Shown: positions 17,800 to 28,422 of the stretch, one piece after another | Position numbering within the stretch: position 1 is the first letter of the stretch | Layout: each line of letters begins with the position of its first letter | Source: Clostridia bacterium | GTDB lineage: Bacteria; Bacillota; Clostridia; Christensenellales; DTU072 | Assembly: GCA_017504305.1 (NCBI GenBank) | Contig: JAFVRJ010000007.1 | Span: 64,774 to 128,773, forward strand | DNA length: 64,000 nucleotides | Direction: 5' to 3' | Translations under genes and position numbers: made by a program | The notes under the pieces: model-generated | What the model was told of the DNA's origin: nothing | What the model saw: the letters and a program-made list of their open reading frames with translations, nothing else | Databases searched by the model: none

Positions 17800-20700
17800 T
17801 TAGTCTTTAACTTGGGGCTTTTTTCTAAACAAGAAGAATAGTACCGAGCCAAGTACGATTAACGCACCGATGCAAGCAACGATGATTATTAGGTAGTTGT
17901 TATTTTGTTCTGCGATAAATGCAAAGCTCGAAATATTATCTACCTCAACGGTAACGTAGCCGTTGGTTACTGCAACTTCCTTAATTGCGTAGGTGCCGTT
18001 TTCCGAAATAACCATCTTTACAAAATCTTGCTCTGCAACGTCTGCAGGAACTTTGATAGTAACGATTGTCTTGCCGTTTACGGAGGCTTGTTCGCCGTTT
18101 GCGTCAACGGTATTGATGCTAAATGCGCGTAATACCGATTGCTTGCCGGTGAGAACTTCGGTGATGCGGAAGTCGTCCTTTTCTAATTTTTCCATCTTGA
18201 CGGTTACGTCGGGAGCAAATCCACCATCGGTGGTGATCGATACGTCGATGCCGTTTGCTTCAGTTTCAATAACGGGACGATTTACCGTTACCACTACTGT
18301 AATGGGTGCGGGTGCGTAATAATAGTCGGTTTCGTCTGCAGTTACGGTTACTACGTATTTGCCTGCTTTAGAGAATCCGGGACCTACTAACTCGCCGTTT
18401 ACCGAATAGTAGATTTGTGCGCCACTTGAGCATCTTGCCATGACGTAACGGGTTTCGCCGTTTTCAACAAAGTTGATTTCGTATTCTTCAGCGGTTAGTA
18501 CGGCAACGTACTTGCGGATGGTGTATATGCCGTCGATGAAGGTTACGTCATAGAGATCGTTGGAGTAGCTACCGGTGATTGCATAATTACCCATTGCATT
18601 GCCTTCAGCCTTGGTGAGGGTTACGTTGAGCTCATCGGTGCCGATTATGCTTCCTTCGGTAATAGAAGACGTGAGTGTTTTAATAGGCTCGTTATATTCG
18701 CTTTCAACGTTATCAATGGTAATGGTTATCTTGCGCGGTATGATGTTGTAAGTGCCTTCAACGTAGGTAATTGTGTAGTTGCCACTATCATCAGTTAAAG
18801 TACCTTGAGTGATTTGGAACTCGCCTAACAACGCGGTGATGTTTACTTCAAGCGCGCCTACAAGCACGTCACCTTCAACTGCGTTTTCAAGTGTGTATTC
18901 GAGAGTTGCTTGTTCGTCGCCGTATTCAACGGTTACGTCGTTAGCAGTAACGGTAATGGTGCGTTGATCTACGGTATAAGTAGCACTTCCAAGAGTAATC
19001 AAATAGTTGGGGTTGAGCTCTTGTAGTGAACCAATGGTTACGTAATGGGTTCCTGCATCGAAGCCATCGATGGATAGAGCGCCATTTAAGCTTTCGCCAG
19101 CAACAAGCGGTACAGAGCCTAATTCGTAGCCGATTTCGGTAAGCTCGTCGCCGTAGACGTGTGATAGTCCGCTTACGGGAATTACCTCGATAGCTCTCGG
19201 CTTAACGATGCAAACGTTGTTAGCAATGTACATGATGTTGTAGTTGGGGTTGCTTTCGTTGGTTAAGGTGCCTTGACCAATAGCGTAACCGGCGTAATTT
19301 ACAGGGTAACTATCTTGTGCTTCGAGCTCAAGTTCACCTTGTAGTTCGTATCCGTTGTAGAGCGTTCCTTCACAGGTATAAGAGAGGGTAGGCTTGTTGC
19401 CGTACTCAACGGTGATAGCGTTGGGTTTTATGGTTAAGTTAGCTCTCTTAATGGTATAGAATGCGGAAACGTAAACGATATCGTAGTTGGGGTTGTTCTC
19501 ATTGGTGAGAGTGTCTTGTACAATTTCGTATTTGTTAGCATCGCAAGGTAGTGCGTCACCTTTGAACTTCAAAGTACCAAAGGGAACTTCACCGTCAACG
19601 AATCCGGTGTAAGTGTAGGCGGTAGCTACTTCGTCGACAGTTGCTTCGGTTGCATCGTAGTAACGCTCGATAGAGGTAGCGGTAACGTATGCTACTTTAG
19701 GCATAATTGCAAATGCGTATAGGTCGGCATCGTCTGCAAAGGTTGCTACATAGTTAGTGTTGTCAGTCGTGATATTGGTTAAGAGATATGCGTAGTAGCT
19801 ATCTTCACTCTTAACAACGATTTCGCCGGCATCACGGGTGTAAGTTAAAGTAATGGTCTCGCCGGGAATACCTTCAACAACTTCCTTAAGATCGGGATCT
19901 GCGTCGCCATATTCCTTTTGGAACTTTTGAGGAGTTACGCTTATAGCGTACGGTAAGATCTCGAACGCGTCTACTGCGTTAGCTTCGTCAAGAGATGCGG
20001 TGTAGTTTTCATTTCCGACTACAAGTGCCGTAAAGGAATATAATCCTTTGTTTGCACCGCTTGCGCGTTCAAAGGTTAAGGTTACTTCTTCGGTGGTTTC
20101 GTTAGCGGTTATTCCGTCAACTACTACCGAGAAGTCGGGGTCTTCCGAACCATATTCCTTGGTAAGGTTTGCAAGAAGCTCTTTGGGATTGATGGAGCCA
20201 AGATCGTATTTAGCAACGTTAATAGTTACCGATGCCGAAGCGCCTTTGTAGCTTATGGTATCACTGACGTTCAAGGATACTTGGTAGGTGCCGGCGTTAA
20301 TAACGGTAGCGTTACTGAAGGTTAAGGTGCCGTCGCCCAATTGAAGGTAGAAATAATCGTTGAGGTTGTGTCCAACGCGGTTATAGGTTAAGTTGAGTAC
20401 ACCACCGGAAGTGGGTAGTTTCTCATCAGTGTCCTTAAATGCGATTACCGTTTGACCGCGAACGATTGATAGGGTACCTTTCTTGAACTCGAAGGAATAG
20501 TAAGCGTTAAAGGCGTTAGTGGGGTCTTCAGTGATTACGATATCGTAAGACTTACCGGTAACTTCACCGGCTTCTCTGCCTACTACGGTGATGATGAAAG
20601 TGGGCTCGTATCCTACGATAGCGCCAACACCGCTTGTTTGAGGTGATCCTTTAATTGTGTACTCGAAGGTAGCGGGATCAGCTTGGTTATAGGACTTGGT

Positions 20701-23700
20701 ATAGCTGTTTGCAGTTACCGTGACGGGACGTTGCTTAATGGTATAGGTGCCGGCGGTAAAGGCTATCGAATAATTGCGGTTAAGTTCTTTGAGGGTACCA
20801 ATCTCGATATTATAGGTTCCGGGAACGTAGAGAGTTGCATCTTGAGTAGCCTCGCAATATAAAGCGCCGTTCAAGGTGTTCTCACCGGGAGCATATCCGC
20901 CGTTGTTGACGGTAAAGGTTAATGCCTTCTTGTTGTCACCAAAGTATTGGTCTTTGTTTGCAGCGGTAACGTTTATGGGACGAGGCTTAACAACGTACTT
21001 AATTTCACCGTCCGCATCGGAGGTCTTTAGTTCTACAACGTTGTAGTTAGCTCCGCCGTTGAGGGTACCGATTTCGATGGGATAACTTCCTGCGTTTTTG
21101 ATGAAGCTACCGGTATCGGGATCTACGGGGAATACAATCTTCAACGCGCCGTACAAGGTTTCGCTACTCGGTATAGCGGCATGGGTATCGCTATAATATG
21201 CCGTATAATTTATAACGCTATCGCGATTACCATAGGTGGAACTTAAGTTAGCATCTCTATTAGGTACTACGTATACGTCACGTTTAGTGATTGAATACAT
21301 GTATACGGTGGGGTTGCCGTCTTTGTCAACGAAACTGAATGAGTAGTTGGGGTTAAGGTCGGATTCAAGCTCACCGATGGTGATGACGTATAGCCCTGCG
21401 TTTTTGGAGTAATCTTCGCTACCAATAGCACCGTTTGTGCGCGATAACGAGCCATTTACTTGATAGGAAGAGCCTTCGTATACTCCGTAACCATCGTTAC
21501 CAACGGTTGCAACCATCGTGCCTTTTTCGTTCGTTTTTTCTTCTTCACCATATTTATGGTAAATGGTGTTGTTTTCATCAACGTCTTTAAGATAGATACC
21601 TAAGGGTTTCTTACCGATCTCATAGAAGGCGGAAACTAATTCAATGGTAGAGTACGAGCTACCTTCTTTGCACTTAAGATCTCCGATTTCAATAGCGTAG
21701 ATACCTGCGTTTACTACGTTAGAAGCTCCTAATACCAAGCCACCTTCAAAGTTTGCATCGATATCGATAGCTTCGTTGGTAATCTTATCGTACGCATAGA
21801 ATTTGATGTCTTGCGAAGTGATTTCGTTTCCGTCGTAAGTTTTCTTATTTCTATTATCGTCGGGTTTTACTATTGCAGTTCTCGGCGATACACGTAAGTA
21901 ACCTATAACCTCAATGATATAGTTAGGATTATTCGTGCTCATGTTGTTATTGGGGATTACTTGATGTAATCCTATCTCAACATTCGCGGGATCCTCAATC
22001 TTGAATTCCAAACCACCCTTAATGTTTGCAGTAGCGGGAGTCCACGTAAAATTAATTCTATCCGGAACCTCTGAACCTACGTTAATAACGATTTCGAAAG
22101 CTTCGTTGGCTTGGATAGTATAACCTTGGTTAGTTAGTACACCGGCAGTAACGGTAACCTGGACGGGCATAGGCGTTACTTCGAACGTAATTCCGGAGTA
22201 GAAAGATATTACGTAGTTGCGATTGTACTCGGTGGTTAAGTCGCCTTGTAAAATCGGATATGACTTGGCGTCTGCGCCTTCGTTAAATCCTTCAGTAGTT
22301 AAGTTACCACGCAATACGTTGTTATTAACGATACCGGCGGGAGTGAGAGTTACTCCTTCCGGATTAACACTCTTTGTTTGATAGGTAAGAACCGGGTTGA
22401 CATGATCACCGAATTTTTTGTGTTGGCCAGGATCTGGTGTTATTAGAATGGGACGAGGCAATACTACGAAAGTGCCTTCCTCAACTTTTTTGATAAAATA
22501 GTTGGGGTTAGCATCGTTATAAATATTGGGGGTGTAGCCCGAGTTGATTTGCTCCTCGGTTGCTTCTATTGTCAACGTAAGGGTATACGTGGAGGCTTCG
22601 AAAATCGTAGCATCGGTTTCAGTCAATACCGGCTTAATCATCGGGAACAACTCAGTGAGCGGCAAACTCTTATCTCTTTCTGCAAGATCATTTGTAGTGA
22701 AGGCTGTGCGTGCGATGGTAATCGCTTCGCCATAATAAGAGGATGCGGTGGTTGCACTTAAGACAATTTCTTTGCGCTTGATTTCAAGCGATATGTTTTG
22801 TGAGTTATTAAAGTCAATGACGTAATTAGCCGCAACCAGCTCACTAATCGCTTCCGGAATAGTATAGCCGTTTATAAGGTAGTATCTACCAGCATATTCG
22901 CCGTCTTCACGAGAGAAGTTAATTCTAAATAGCGAGCCTTCTACGTCACCAATAACGTTAGCTCTAAACTGCGGATCGCTATCGCCGTACGTTTTTTTGT
23001 AAGTACCATCATTTTCATATCCGGTCAAGCGGACGGTAATATTGCGTTTTGTTATAGTGTAAGTTGCAAGCGATACGCCTGTTTCCAAGATTAATGGATT
23101 ACCTTTGTATTGATTATTTAAAGCATTAAGCGTGGCTTGTGATGCGTAATAGTTATCTCCCGCCTTAACGATTAAGTGATAGTTATTTTTGGCCGCACCA
23201 GCGCTTGCTGCGGTGAAGAGCGAGCCTGAAGAAATAGCGTAGTTACCAGTTGTGAAGGTGCTGAAATTGCTGAAGTTGTCAGACATCTTGTCTTTGGATT
23301 CAAACAATACGCATTTTAATTCGCCAAAGTTGTCTATACTATCGCCTGAAACAAGATTTGTTTCGGAGCTTTCATCCAAGGCGTATCCCGTGAAGTTAAA
23401 TGCTTTACGAATATTGTCAAGAGTATCGTAAACGCATGTTTGGTTTGATATGGTTAATACCAACGGACGTTTGTCAATTTTAACCGTTATTGCGAAGTTT
23501 TGAGGACCGGGCGCTTCGTATAAATCATTTTCGGCGGGTTCAAATTTAAGATATAGAGTAATACCATTAACGTTTACGTTGGGAGTGATATCAGCCTCGT
23601 TTTCTTTAGTAAAGTCTGCGTACTCGCCATTAACAAGTTGCGTTAATGACCAACTACCGGCAACGTGTAGCTCATTTCTGTTGGGATTAACAATTGTTAT

Positions 23701-26700
23701 ATTGTCAAATGCACTTATACCTGAAATACTTAACGCATGTACGAGAGTGTTGGGGTCGTAGGTGGTTTTAAGGATGACCTCATCACCATATACGGTATTA
23801 AAGACTTGATTGATTTTAAATCCTTGTACTAAACAAGAGGATTTAACGACGTTGTAATCTACCGCTAACGATCCCTCATAGTTGTTGGTTCCTGCGATGG
23901 TTACCGTATAGGTGCCGGGGGTTGTGTAATTGTTGTTTGTAGCATTATAGTCGTGTGTATACTTTATATCGCCAGCACCGTTTTCTATTTCTTGTTCTAT
24001 TAGTGCTCGACCTAATGCGGAGTCGGTTACGGCAGGTTTTACCGTGTGGATTTTTCCATCATACGGAATATTGTTAATCTTTGCAACGTTGATACCACTA
24101 CCTTGAGCGTTGATATTTTTGGCATGAATAGTTGCGCTAATTTCTACGTAGTAATAAGTACCGATTTCTTCCTCTCCGTCAGCGTTTATAAAAGTGATTT
24201 CCTTGCTTGGGTTTTTTCCAATTAAAGTATAGTTACCTGCGTCCTCTCCAGAAAGTGCGGTATTATCCAATAAAGCGATTATGTACCAATTACCCTTGTC
24301 GACGGCTTCAGATAAAGAAGTGTACCCACCCTCTATAGACGTTGAGTAATATTTTGGCGCGACTGCTACTGTAACAGTTACTTCATCTCCATAAATGATG
24401 GGTGAAACGTCTTTGCCGTTTATATCTTCTTCGTATTTAAATATAACGTCTGCAGTTGCGATACTCGTAGCATTATACGTACGATTTTCATCCTTATTAA
24501 CGATATCTAAAATCAATGGTTTAGCTGTTATTACACCATCCGTTACTGTGGCGGTGGTTTCAGATAGACGATAGTTTTGGTAGGTAGTATTATTGGGGTA
24601 GCTCGGGTTGGCACCTAAACTTAAACCTGTGAGCTCGATTTTTTTGCCCGTACCAACGTTCTTGTCTTCAAATAGATAATTAGAATTAGCCGATGCGACT
24701 ATTGCGACAAAAGGTTCGTCTGCAGCGACCAATGCTCCCTTTGCAAAACTATAATCAACGGCGCTTGAAGCATCGTAAGTGCCGTCGTAAACTTTACCTT
24801 CTTCTTTTGCCGTAGCTGTAACGGAAATCATTTTGGAGAAGATGTAGTACGTATCACCAGTTATTAGATCTGCGGTAATAACAGATTCTTTGTTATAAAT
24901 TTGATCATTAAAGGAATAGTTTTTAAGGAGTTCATCATTTGCCCCAGATACACCTAACGTAATACCATCCAGCGAAAGCTTGCCGTATGTACCAACGGTA
25001 ACATCGCTAAATTTACCTCCGTTTTTAAAAACATGGCTTATAGTAGCATCTGATGATAACGAGCCAATAAGCTCGTCGTTCCACAAAACGTAAATGCTTT
25101 GTACGTCGCTAGCCATTAGCCCGGTGAACGTTAAACCATTAACAGTAACATCTGCAGTCCCATCGTAGTATTTTCCGTAACCAGTATATCTGTAAGGCAA
25201 GGCCGGGTCCATGTAACCAGTAATCTCGCTTGAATTCTCATCTCCAAAGGCATTTAACTTTACGGCCACTTGTTTTGGTTTTATAGTGGCAGTAATATTA
25301 GCTTGGTCATGGATTAGATAATTATATGATTTAATAATCGCTTGCGCATCAAACATTACGTATGATACGATGGTTAAATGGTGGTTTATTAAAACACTTC
25401 GATCGATAGTAACAGAATGTGTGCCTGCATTGGCATTGAGCGTTTCACTTGTATAAGATGATTTGAGCGAGAATTCAAGAGAATCATTTGCAATAATGTC
25501 ATTAACGTTATAACTATTGTTGCCAGAAGGTATAATCCGATTATTTTCAGTTTTATCCAATATCCAACCATCTAAAACCACCGATTTAGATGCATCGTAT
25601 GGTTTGTCGAAGAACTTGGGTAACAAATAGCAATTTATCGGGTCAATTGTAAATGCATACATTTGATACCCAACAATTATATTATCATGCGTAATATACA
25701 AATGAAGATTATAATTTCCAGCAAAAACAGGCTTTAAATCGTTAGAATACGATTCACCGGTCAAATAGGTTCCATCATACGAATCTTGTATTCCCCAAAC
25801 CCCATTCATGGGAGTGATTATATTATTAAATTTAGTAATTTGATTTGATCCCGTAGGCGGGTTGAAAGTAATAGCGACAGCGTTTCCGGTGTAATAATAG
25901 TTGCTTGAAATTATTGGTATTGATTCAATTTTTTTGAATACTGCAGTCCAGCCTATAGAACCATGGATGGGTTTTGATGGAGTTATGCCATTTGTGCTAT
26001 TTATATATAAAGCATCCGACTCAAAAGAAGGTTTTTTGTTTGGATCGAATGCGATAGATTTTCCTGGCGCTAAAGTGGTTGCTTGATTCGGACCTATTGC
26101 ATCGGTGTTAGGATCGGCGATCCAACCAGCGAAAAAGTATCCTTGTGCAGGAGTCGCGCAGAGGGTATACTTATTCGTAATGGCGCCTGTAGCAGTAGCT
26201 GCCGCAGAATCGGAAGATGTTGCAACGGTAATGTCATTGAGCTTAATCGATACCGAACCGCCGTTATGGGCGATTCCGTTAGGCGTGCCATCATCAAGGA
26301 TACAGTCGACAGTGATGGTAGGATTGTAGAAGTAAACAGAGGCATGGGAAGATTTTCCTAAATTATTAGTCGCTGTTATTTCATATCGACCTTGTTTGTT
26401 GCCCAATTTGAATTCATATGAACCGACAAAATTATTGTATTTTTGCGTGTCAACGCTGTAATAATAACCTGTACCATTTTGAGTGTCGCTACCAATGGGG
26501 AAGTATTTTGTTTCAATTTTCAAAATGCCAGACTCCGGATCTGCAATGGTCACGGTGTCTTGTTGCTGATAATGAGTAATAAGTGAAGATGCAGATGTTT
26601 GTGCAATAGAGTTCGATTTTGTACTGTCTGAAGCAAGATAGATTGATGGCTCAGAGGTGTCAGAGGTGGAAAGAGAGAGCTTCATGGAGCTGATAGAAGC

Positions 26701-27267
26701 ACTGCAAGACCCAGTATTTAACAAAATATCGGGAGAACCTTCAAAATGAGTGGTATACTTTCCAGCTGGCAAAGTATCAGAAACAGAAGTAAGTTGATAA
26801 GATGCGGTAAGGAGTAATGTTATTTCGGAGTCTGTAGAACTGCCAGTTCTAGCCTTGACGTTCCAGTTTGCTTTGTTTACGGTGCCTTCAGTTGAGAAGG
26901 ATGCAGACGAGGTAACATTTATTTTGCCTCCATAAGTGGCGCGTATAATATTGTTTTCGGTTAAAGCGAGCCAAGCACTAGGGGAGGTTACGCTTTGGTC
27001 TTTTCCTGTAAGCGACTTTTTTGCAGAATAAGAACCTTCAAAAGCGGTAGCTGTGCCAAATCCGCTAATCGTCGTCGCTGCTTCAGCGGAAGTGGGGATG
27101 GTTATGGTTTCTAAAACGGTGGAGGATTCGTCTATGCCGATTTCGTTTAAGGTCGATTGAACGACGGGGTTAACCGAAGTCTGGTATATAGTGAATAATA
27201 GCGTGAGCATAACAAACGCCATTACGAATACTGCTGATTTAGTGAGTTTAAATGATCTGGTCTTCAT
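17800..27267 (-). CDS. Giant tail-anchored cell-surface protein (3155 aa from the ATG). N-terminal signal/anchor, ~1400 aa of mixed Ig-like and divergent InlB-B-like modules, a long array of YGX-type MBG repeats, a pre-anchor beta domain, and a C-terminal TM helix with a basic tail.
   Basis: I prefer the ATG at 27267 (AGGTGG RBS 5 nt upstream) over the track's GTG at 27276, which overlaps the RBS. Repeats follow the pattern (R/K)P(I/V)xVT....K.YG..DP.(F/L).Y...G.(L/V).G..L.G.L.R..GE..G.Y.I..G.L....NY.I......F.I. The C-terminus is NNYLIIIVACIGALIVLGSVLFFLFRKKPQVKD. No LPXTG. Confidence 0.88.
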   Translation of the reverse strand: MKTRSFKLTKSAVFVMAFVMLTLLFTIYQTSVNPVVQSTLNEIGIDESSTVLETITIPTSAEAATTISGFGTATAFEGSYSAKKSLTGKDQSVTSPSAWLALTENNIIRATYGGKINVTSSASFSTEGTVNKANWNVKARTGSSTDSEITLLLTASYQLTSVSDTLPAGKYTTHFEGSPDILLNTGSCSASISSMKLSLSTSDTSEPSIYLASDSTKSNSIAQTSASSLITHYQQQDTVTIADPESGILKIETKYFPIGSDTQNGTGYYYSVDTQKYNNFVGSYEFKLGNKQGRYEITATNNLGKSSHASVYFYNPTITVDCILDDGTPNGIAHNGGSVSIKLNDITVATSSDSAAATATGAITNKYTLCATPAQGYFFAGWIADPNTDAIGPNQATTLAPGKSIAFDPNKKPSFESDALYINSTNGITPSKPIHGSIGWTAVFKKIESIPIISSNYYYTGNAVAITFNPPTGSNQITKFNNIITPMNGVWGIQDSYDGTYLTGESYSNDLKPVFAGNYNLHLYITHDNIIVGYQMYAFTIDPINCYLLPKFFDKPYDASKSVVLDGWILDKTENNRIIPSGNNSYNVNDIIANDSLEFSLKSSYTSETLNANAGTHSVTIDRSVLINHHLTIVSYVMFDAQAIIKSYNYLIHDQANITATIKPKQVAVKLNAFGDENSSEITGYMDPALPYRYTGYGKYYDGTADVTVNGLTFTGLMASDVQSIYVLWNDELIGSLSSDATISHVFKNGGKFSDVTVGTYGKLSLDGITLGVSGANDELLKNYSFNDQIYNKESVITADLITGDTYYIFSKMISVTATAKEEGKVYDGTYDASSAVDYSFAKGALVAADEPFVAIVASANSNYLFEDKNVGTGKKIELTGLSLGANPSYPNNTTYQNYRLSETTATVTDGVITAKPLILDIVNKDENRTYNATSIATADVIFKYEEDINGKDVSPIIYGDEVTVTVAVAPKYYSTSIEGGYTSLSEAVDKGNWYIIALLDNTALSGEDAGNYTLIGKNPSKEITFINADGEEEIGTYYYVEISATIHAKNINAQGSGINVAKINNIPYDGKIHTVKPAVTDSALGRALIEQEIENGAGDIKYTHDYNATNNNYTTPGTYTVTIAGTNNYEGSLAVDYNVVKSSCLVQGFKINQVFNTVYGDEVILKTTYDPNTLVHALSISGISAFDNITIVNPNRNELHVAGSWSLTQLVNGEYADFTKENEADITPNVNVNGITLYLKFEPAENDLYEAPGPQNFAITVKIDKRPLVLTISNQTCVYDTLDNIRKAFNFTGYALDESSETNLVSGDSIDNFGELKCVLFESKDKMSDNFSNFSTFTTGNYAISSGSLFTAASAGAAKNNYHLIVKAGDNYYASQATLNALNNQYKGNPLILETGVSLATYTITKRNITVRLTGYENDGTYKKTYGDSDPQFRANVIGDVEGSLFRINFSREDGEYAGRYYLINGYTIPEAISELVAANYVIDFNNSQNISLEIKRKEIVLSATTASSYYGEAITIARTAFTTNDLAERDKSLPLTELFPMIKPVLTETDATIFEASTYTLTLTIEATEEQINSGYTPNIYNDANPNYFIKKVEEGTFVVLPRPILITPDPGQHKKFGDHVNPVLTYQTKSVNPEGVTLTPAGIVNNNVLRGNLTTEGFNEGADAKSYPILQGDLTTEYNRNYVISFYSGITFEVTPMPVQVTVTAGVLTNQGYTIQANEAFEIVINVGSEVPDRINFTWTPATANIKGGLEFKIEDPANVEIGLHQVIPNNNMSTNNPNYIIEVIGYLRVSPRTAIVKPDDNRNKKTYDGNEITSQDIKFYAYDKITNEAIDIDANFEGGLVLGASNVVNAGIYAIEIGDLKCKEGSSYSTIELVSAFYEIGKKPLGIYLKDVDENNTIYHKYGEEEKTNEKGTMVATVGNDGYGVYEGSSYQVNGSLSRTNGAIGSEDYSKNAGLYVITIGELESDLNPNYSFSFVDKDGNPTVYMYSITKRDVYVVPNRDANLSSTYGNRDSVINYTAYYSDTHAAIPSSETLYGALKIVFPVDPDTGSFIKNAGSYPIEIGTLNGGANYNVVELKTSDADGEIKYVVKPRPINVTAANKDQYFGDNKKALTFTVNNGGYAPGENTLNGALYCEATQDATLYVPGTYNIEIGTLKELNRNYSIAFTAGTYTIKQRPVTVTANSYTKSYNQADPATFEYTIKGSPQTSGVGAIVGYEPTFIITVVGREAGEVTGKSYDIVITEDPTNAFNAYYSFEFKKGTLSIVRGQTVIAFKDTDEKLPTSGGVLNLTYNRVGHNLNDYFYLQLGDGTLTFSNATVINAGTYQVSLNVSDTISYKGASASVTINVAKYDLGSINPKELLANLTKEYGSEDPDFSVVVDGITANETTEEVTLTFERASGANKGLYSFTALVVGNENYTASLDEANAVDAFEILPYAISVTPQKFQKEYGDADPDLKEVVEGIPGETITLTYTRDAGEIVVKSEDSYYAYLLTNITTDNTNYVATFADDADLYAFAIMPKVAYVTATSIERYYDATEATVDEVATAYTYTGFVDGEVPFGTLKFKGDALPCDANKYEIVQDTLTNENNPNYDIVYVSAFYTIKRANLTIKPNAITVEYGNKPTLSYTCEGTLYNGYELQGELELEAQDSYPVNYAGYAIGQGTLTNESNPNYNIMYIANNVCIVKPRAIEVIPVSGLSHVYGDELTEIGYELGSVPLVAGESLNGALSIDGFDAGTHYVTIGSLQELNPNYLITLGSATYTVDQRTITVTANDVTVEYGDEQATLEYTLENAVEGDVLVGALEVNITALLGEFQITQGTLTDDSGNYTITYVEGTYNIIPRKITITIDNVESEYNEPIKTLTSSITEGSIIGTDELNVTLTKAEGNAMGNYAITGSYSNDLYDVTFIDGIYTIRKYVAVLTAEEYEINFVENGETRYVMARCSSGAQIYYSVNGELVGPGFSKAGKYVVTVTADETDYYYAPAPITVVVTVNRPVIETEANGIDVSITTDGGFAPDVTVKMEKLEKDDFRITEVLTGKQSVLRAFSINTVDANGEQASVNGKTIVTIKVPADVAEQDFVKMVISENGTYAIKEVAVTNGYVTVEVDNISSFAFIAEQNNNYLIIIVACIGALIVLGSVLFFLFRKKPQVKD

Positions 27268-27463
27268 ATACGCCACCTGCCTTAAATGCTGATGTGAGTT
27301 TTATAATATTTTATTTGAGCGCGCACGCGCTCTCGTACATAGGTATACACATGAATTATAAAGGCGCGCGTATGATAAAATCAATATAGAAAGGCGATTA
27401 TTTACTAAAATAACACCGAGCGACTATTGGCAGCGGGTAAAAAATCAGAGATACGACGGAATC

Positions 27464-27493
27464 TTGACAAACGAGGTATAGTGCCGTTAAAAT
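27464..27493 (+). promoter_or_regulatory. Sigma-70-type promoter for folD.
   Basis: TTGACA (27464-27469), 18-nt spacer, TAAAAT (27488-27493), 30 nt upstream of the ATG. Confidence 0.5.
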
Positions 27494-27522
27494 ATAACAA
27501 ACGATAAAAGGAGGCCGTTGGG

Positions 27523-28371
27523 ATGAGTGAGCCTTTGGTATTAGACGGTCGCGTGGTCGCTAAAGCGGTTGAAGCCGATTTGCAAGCGAGGGTGGAATTA
27601 ATTAAGCAAAAAACAGGTGTTACTCCTGTATTGGCAACGATTTTGGTAGGGGATAATCCTGCTTCCGTTACCTACGTAAGGATGAAGGGTAATGCTTGCA
27701 AGCGCGTAGGAATCGAACCTCTTAAAATCGAGCTTCCTGAAAGTACGACTACGGAAGAGCTATTAAAAGTAATAGAAGAATTAAATGCGGATGATAAAGT
27801 ATCCGGTATACTGCTTCAACATCCCGTACCCAAGCATATTGACGAGAAAAAATGCTTTGATGCTATCTCGGTGGAAAAGGACGCCGACGGCGTAAATACC
27901 GCGTCGTTCGGTTCGGTTACGATGGGCGGAAACGGTTTCAAATGTGCAACCCCTTTTGGCATAATTACGATACTCAAATATTATGGTATAGAGCTTGACG
28001 GAAAGCATGCCGTTGTAATAGGCAGAAGCCCCATTTTAGGCAAGCCGGTATCGATGCTTTTGCTCAACGAAAACTGTACCGTAACCATATGTCATACCCA
28101 CACCAAAAACCTTCCGGAAGAGGTAAAAAGGGCAGACGTCGTAGTGGCGGCGGTAGGTAGACCGAAGTTTGTAAAGGCGGAGTGGATTAAGGAAGGAGCA
28201 GTACTTGTCGACGCCGGATATAACGCAGGAAACGTGGGGGATATCGACCTTGAAAACGCGGCACCGCTATCGTCGGCATACACTCCCGTCCCTGGCGGAT
28301 GCGGCCCCTGTACCATAGCTATGTTGATGCAACAAACGGTAGAAAGCGCCGAAAGAAAACTTGCAAAATAG
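27523..28371 (+). CDS. folD: Bifunctional methylenetetrahydrofolate dehydrogenase / methenyl-THF cyclohydrolase.
   Basis: AAGGAGG RBS. LDGR..A......L...V, ATILVGDNPASVTYVRMKGNACKRVGI, GRSPILGKPV, and the C-terminal PVPGGCGPCTIAMLM are classic FolD motifs. 282 aa. Confidence 0.95.
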   Translation: MSEPLVLDGRVVAKAVEADLQARVELIKQKTGVTPVLATILVGDNPASVTYVRMKGNACKRVGIEPLKIELPESTTTEELLKVIEELNADDKVSGILLQHPVPKHIDEKKCFDAISVEKDADGVNTASFGSVTMGGNGFKCATPFGIITILKYYGIELDGKHAVVIGRSPILGKPVSMLLLNENCTVTICHTHTKNLPEEVKRADVVVAAVGRPKFVKAEWIKEGAVLVDAGYNAGNVGDIDLENAAPLSSAYTPVPGGCGPCTIAMLMQQTVESAERKLAK

Positions 28372-28422
28372 GGCGCCTACAACGTAAATTTAGTATCCCA
28401 AAGATGCGAAATCAACAAAATT

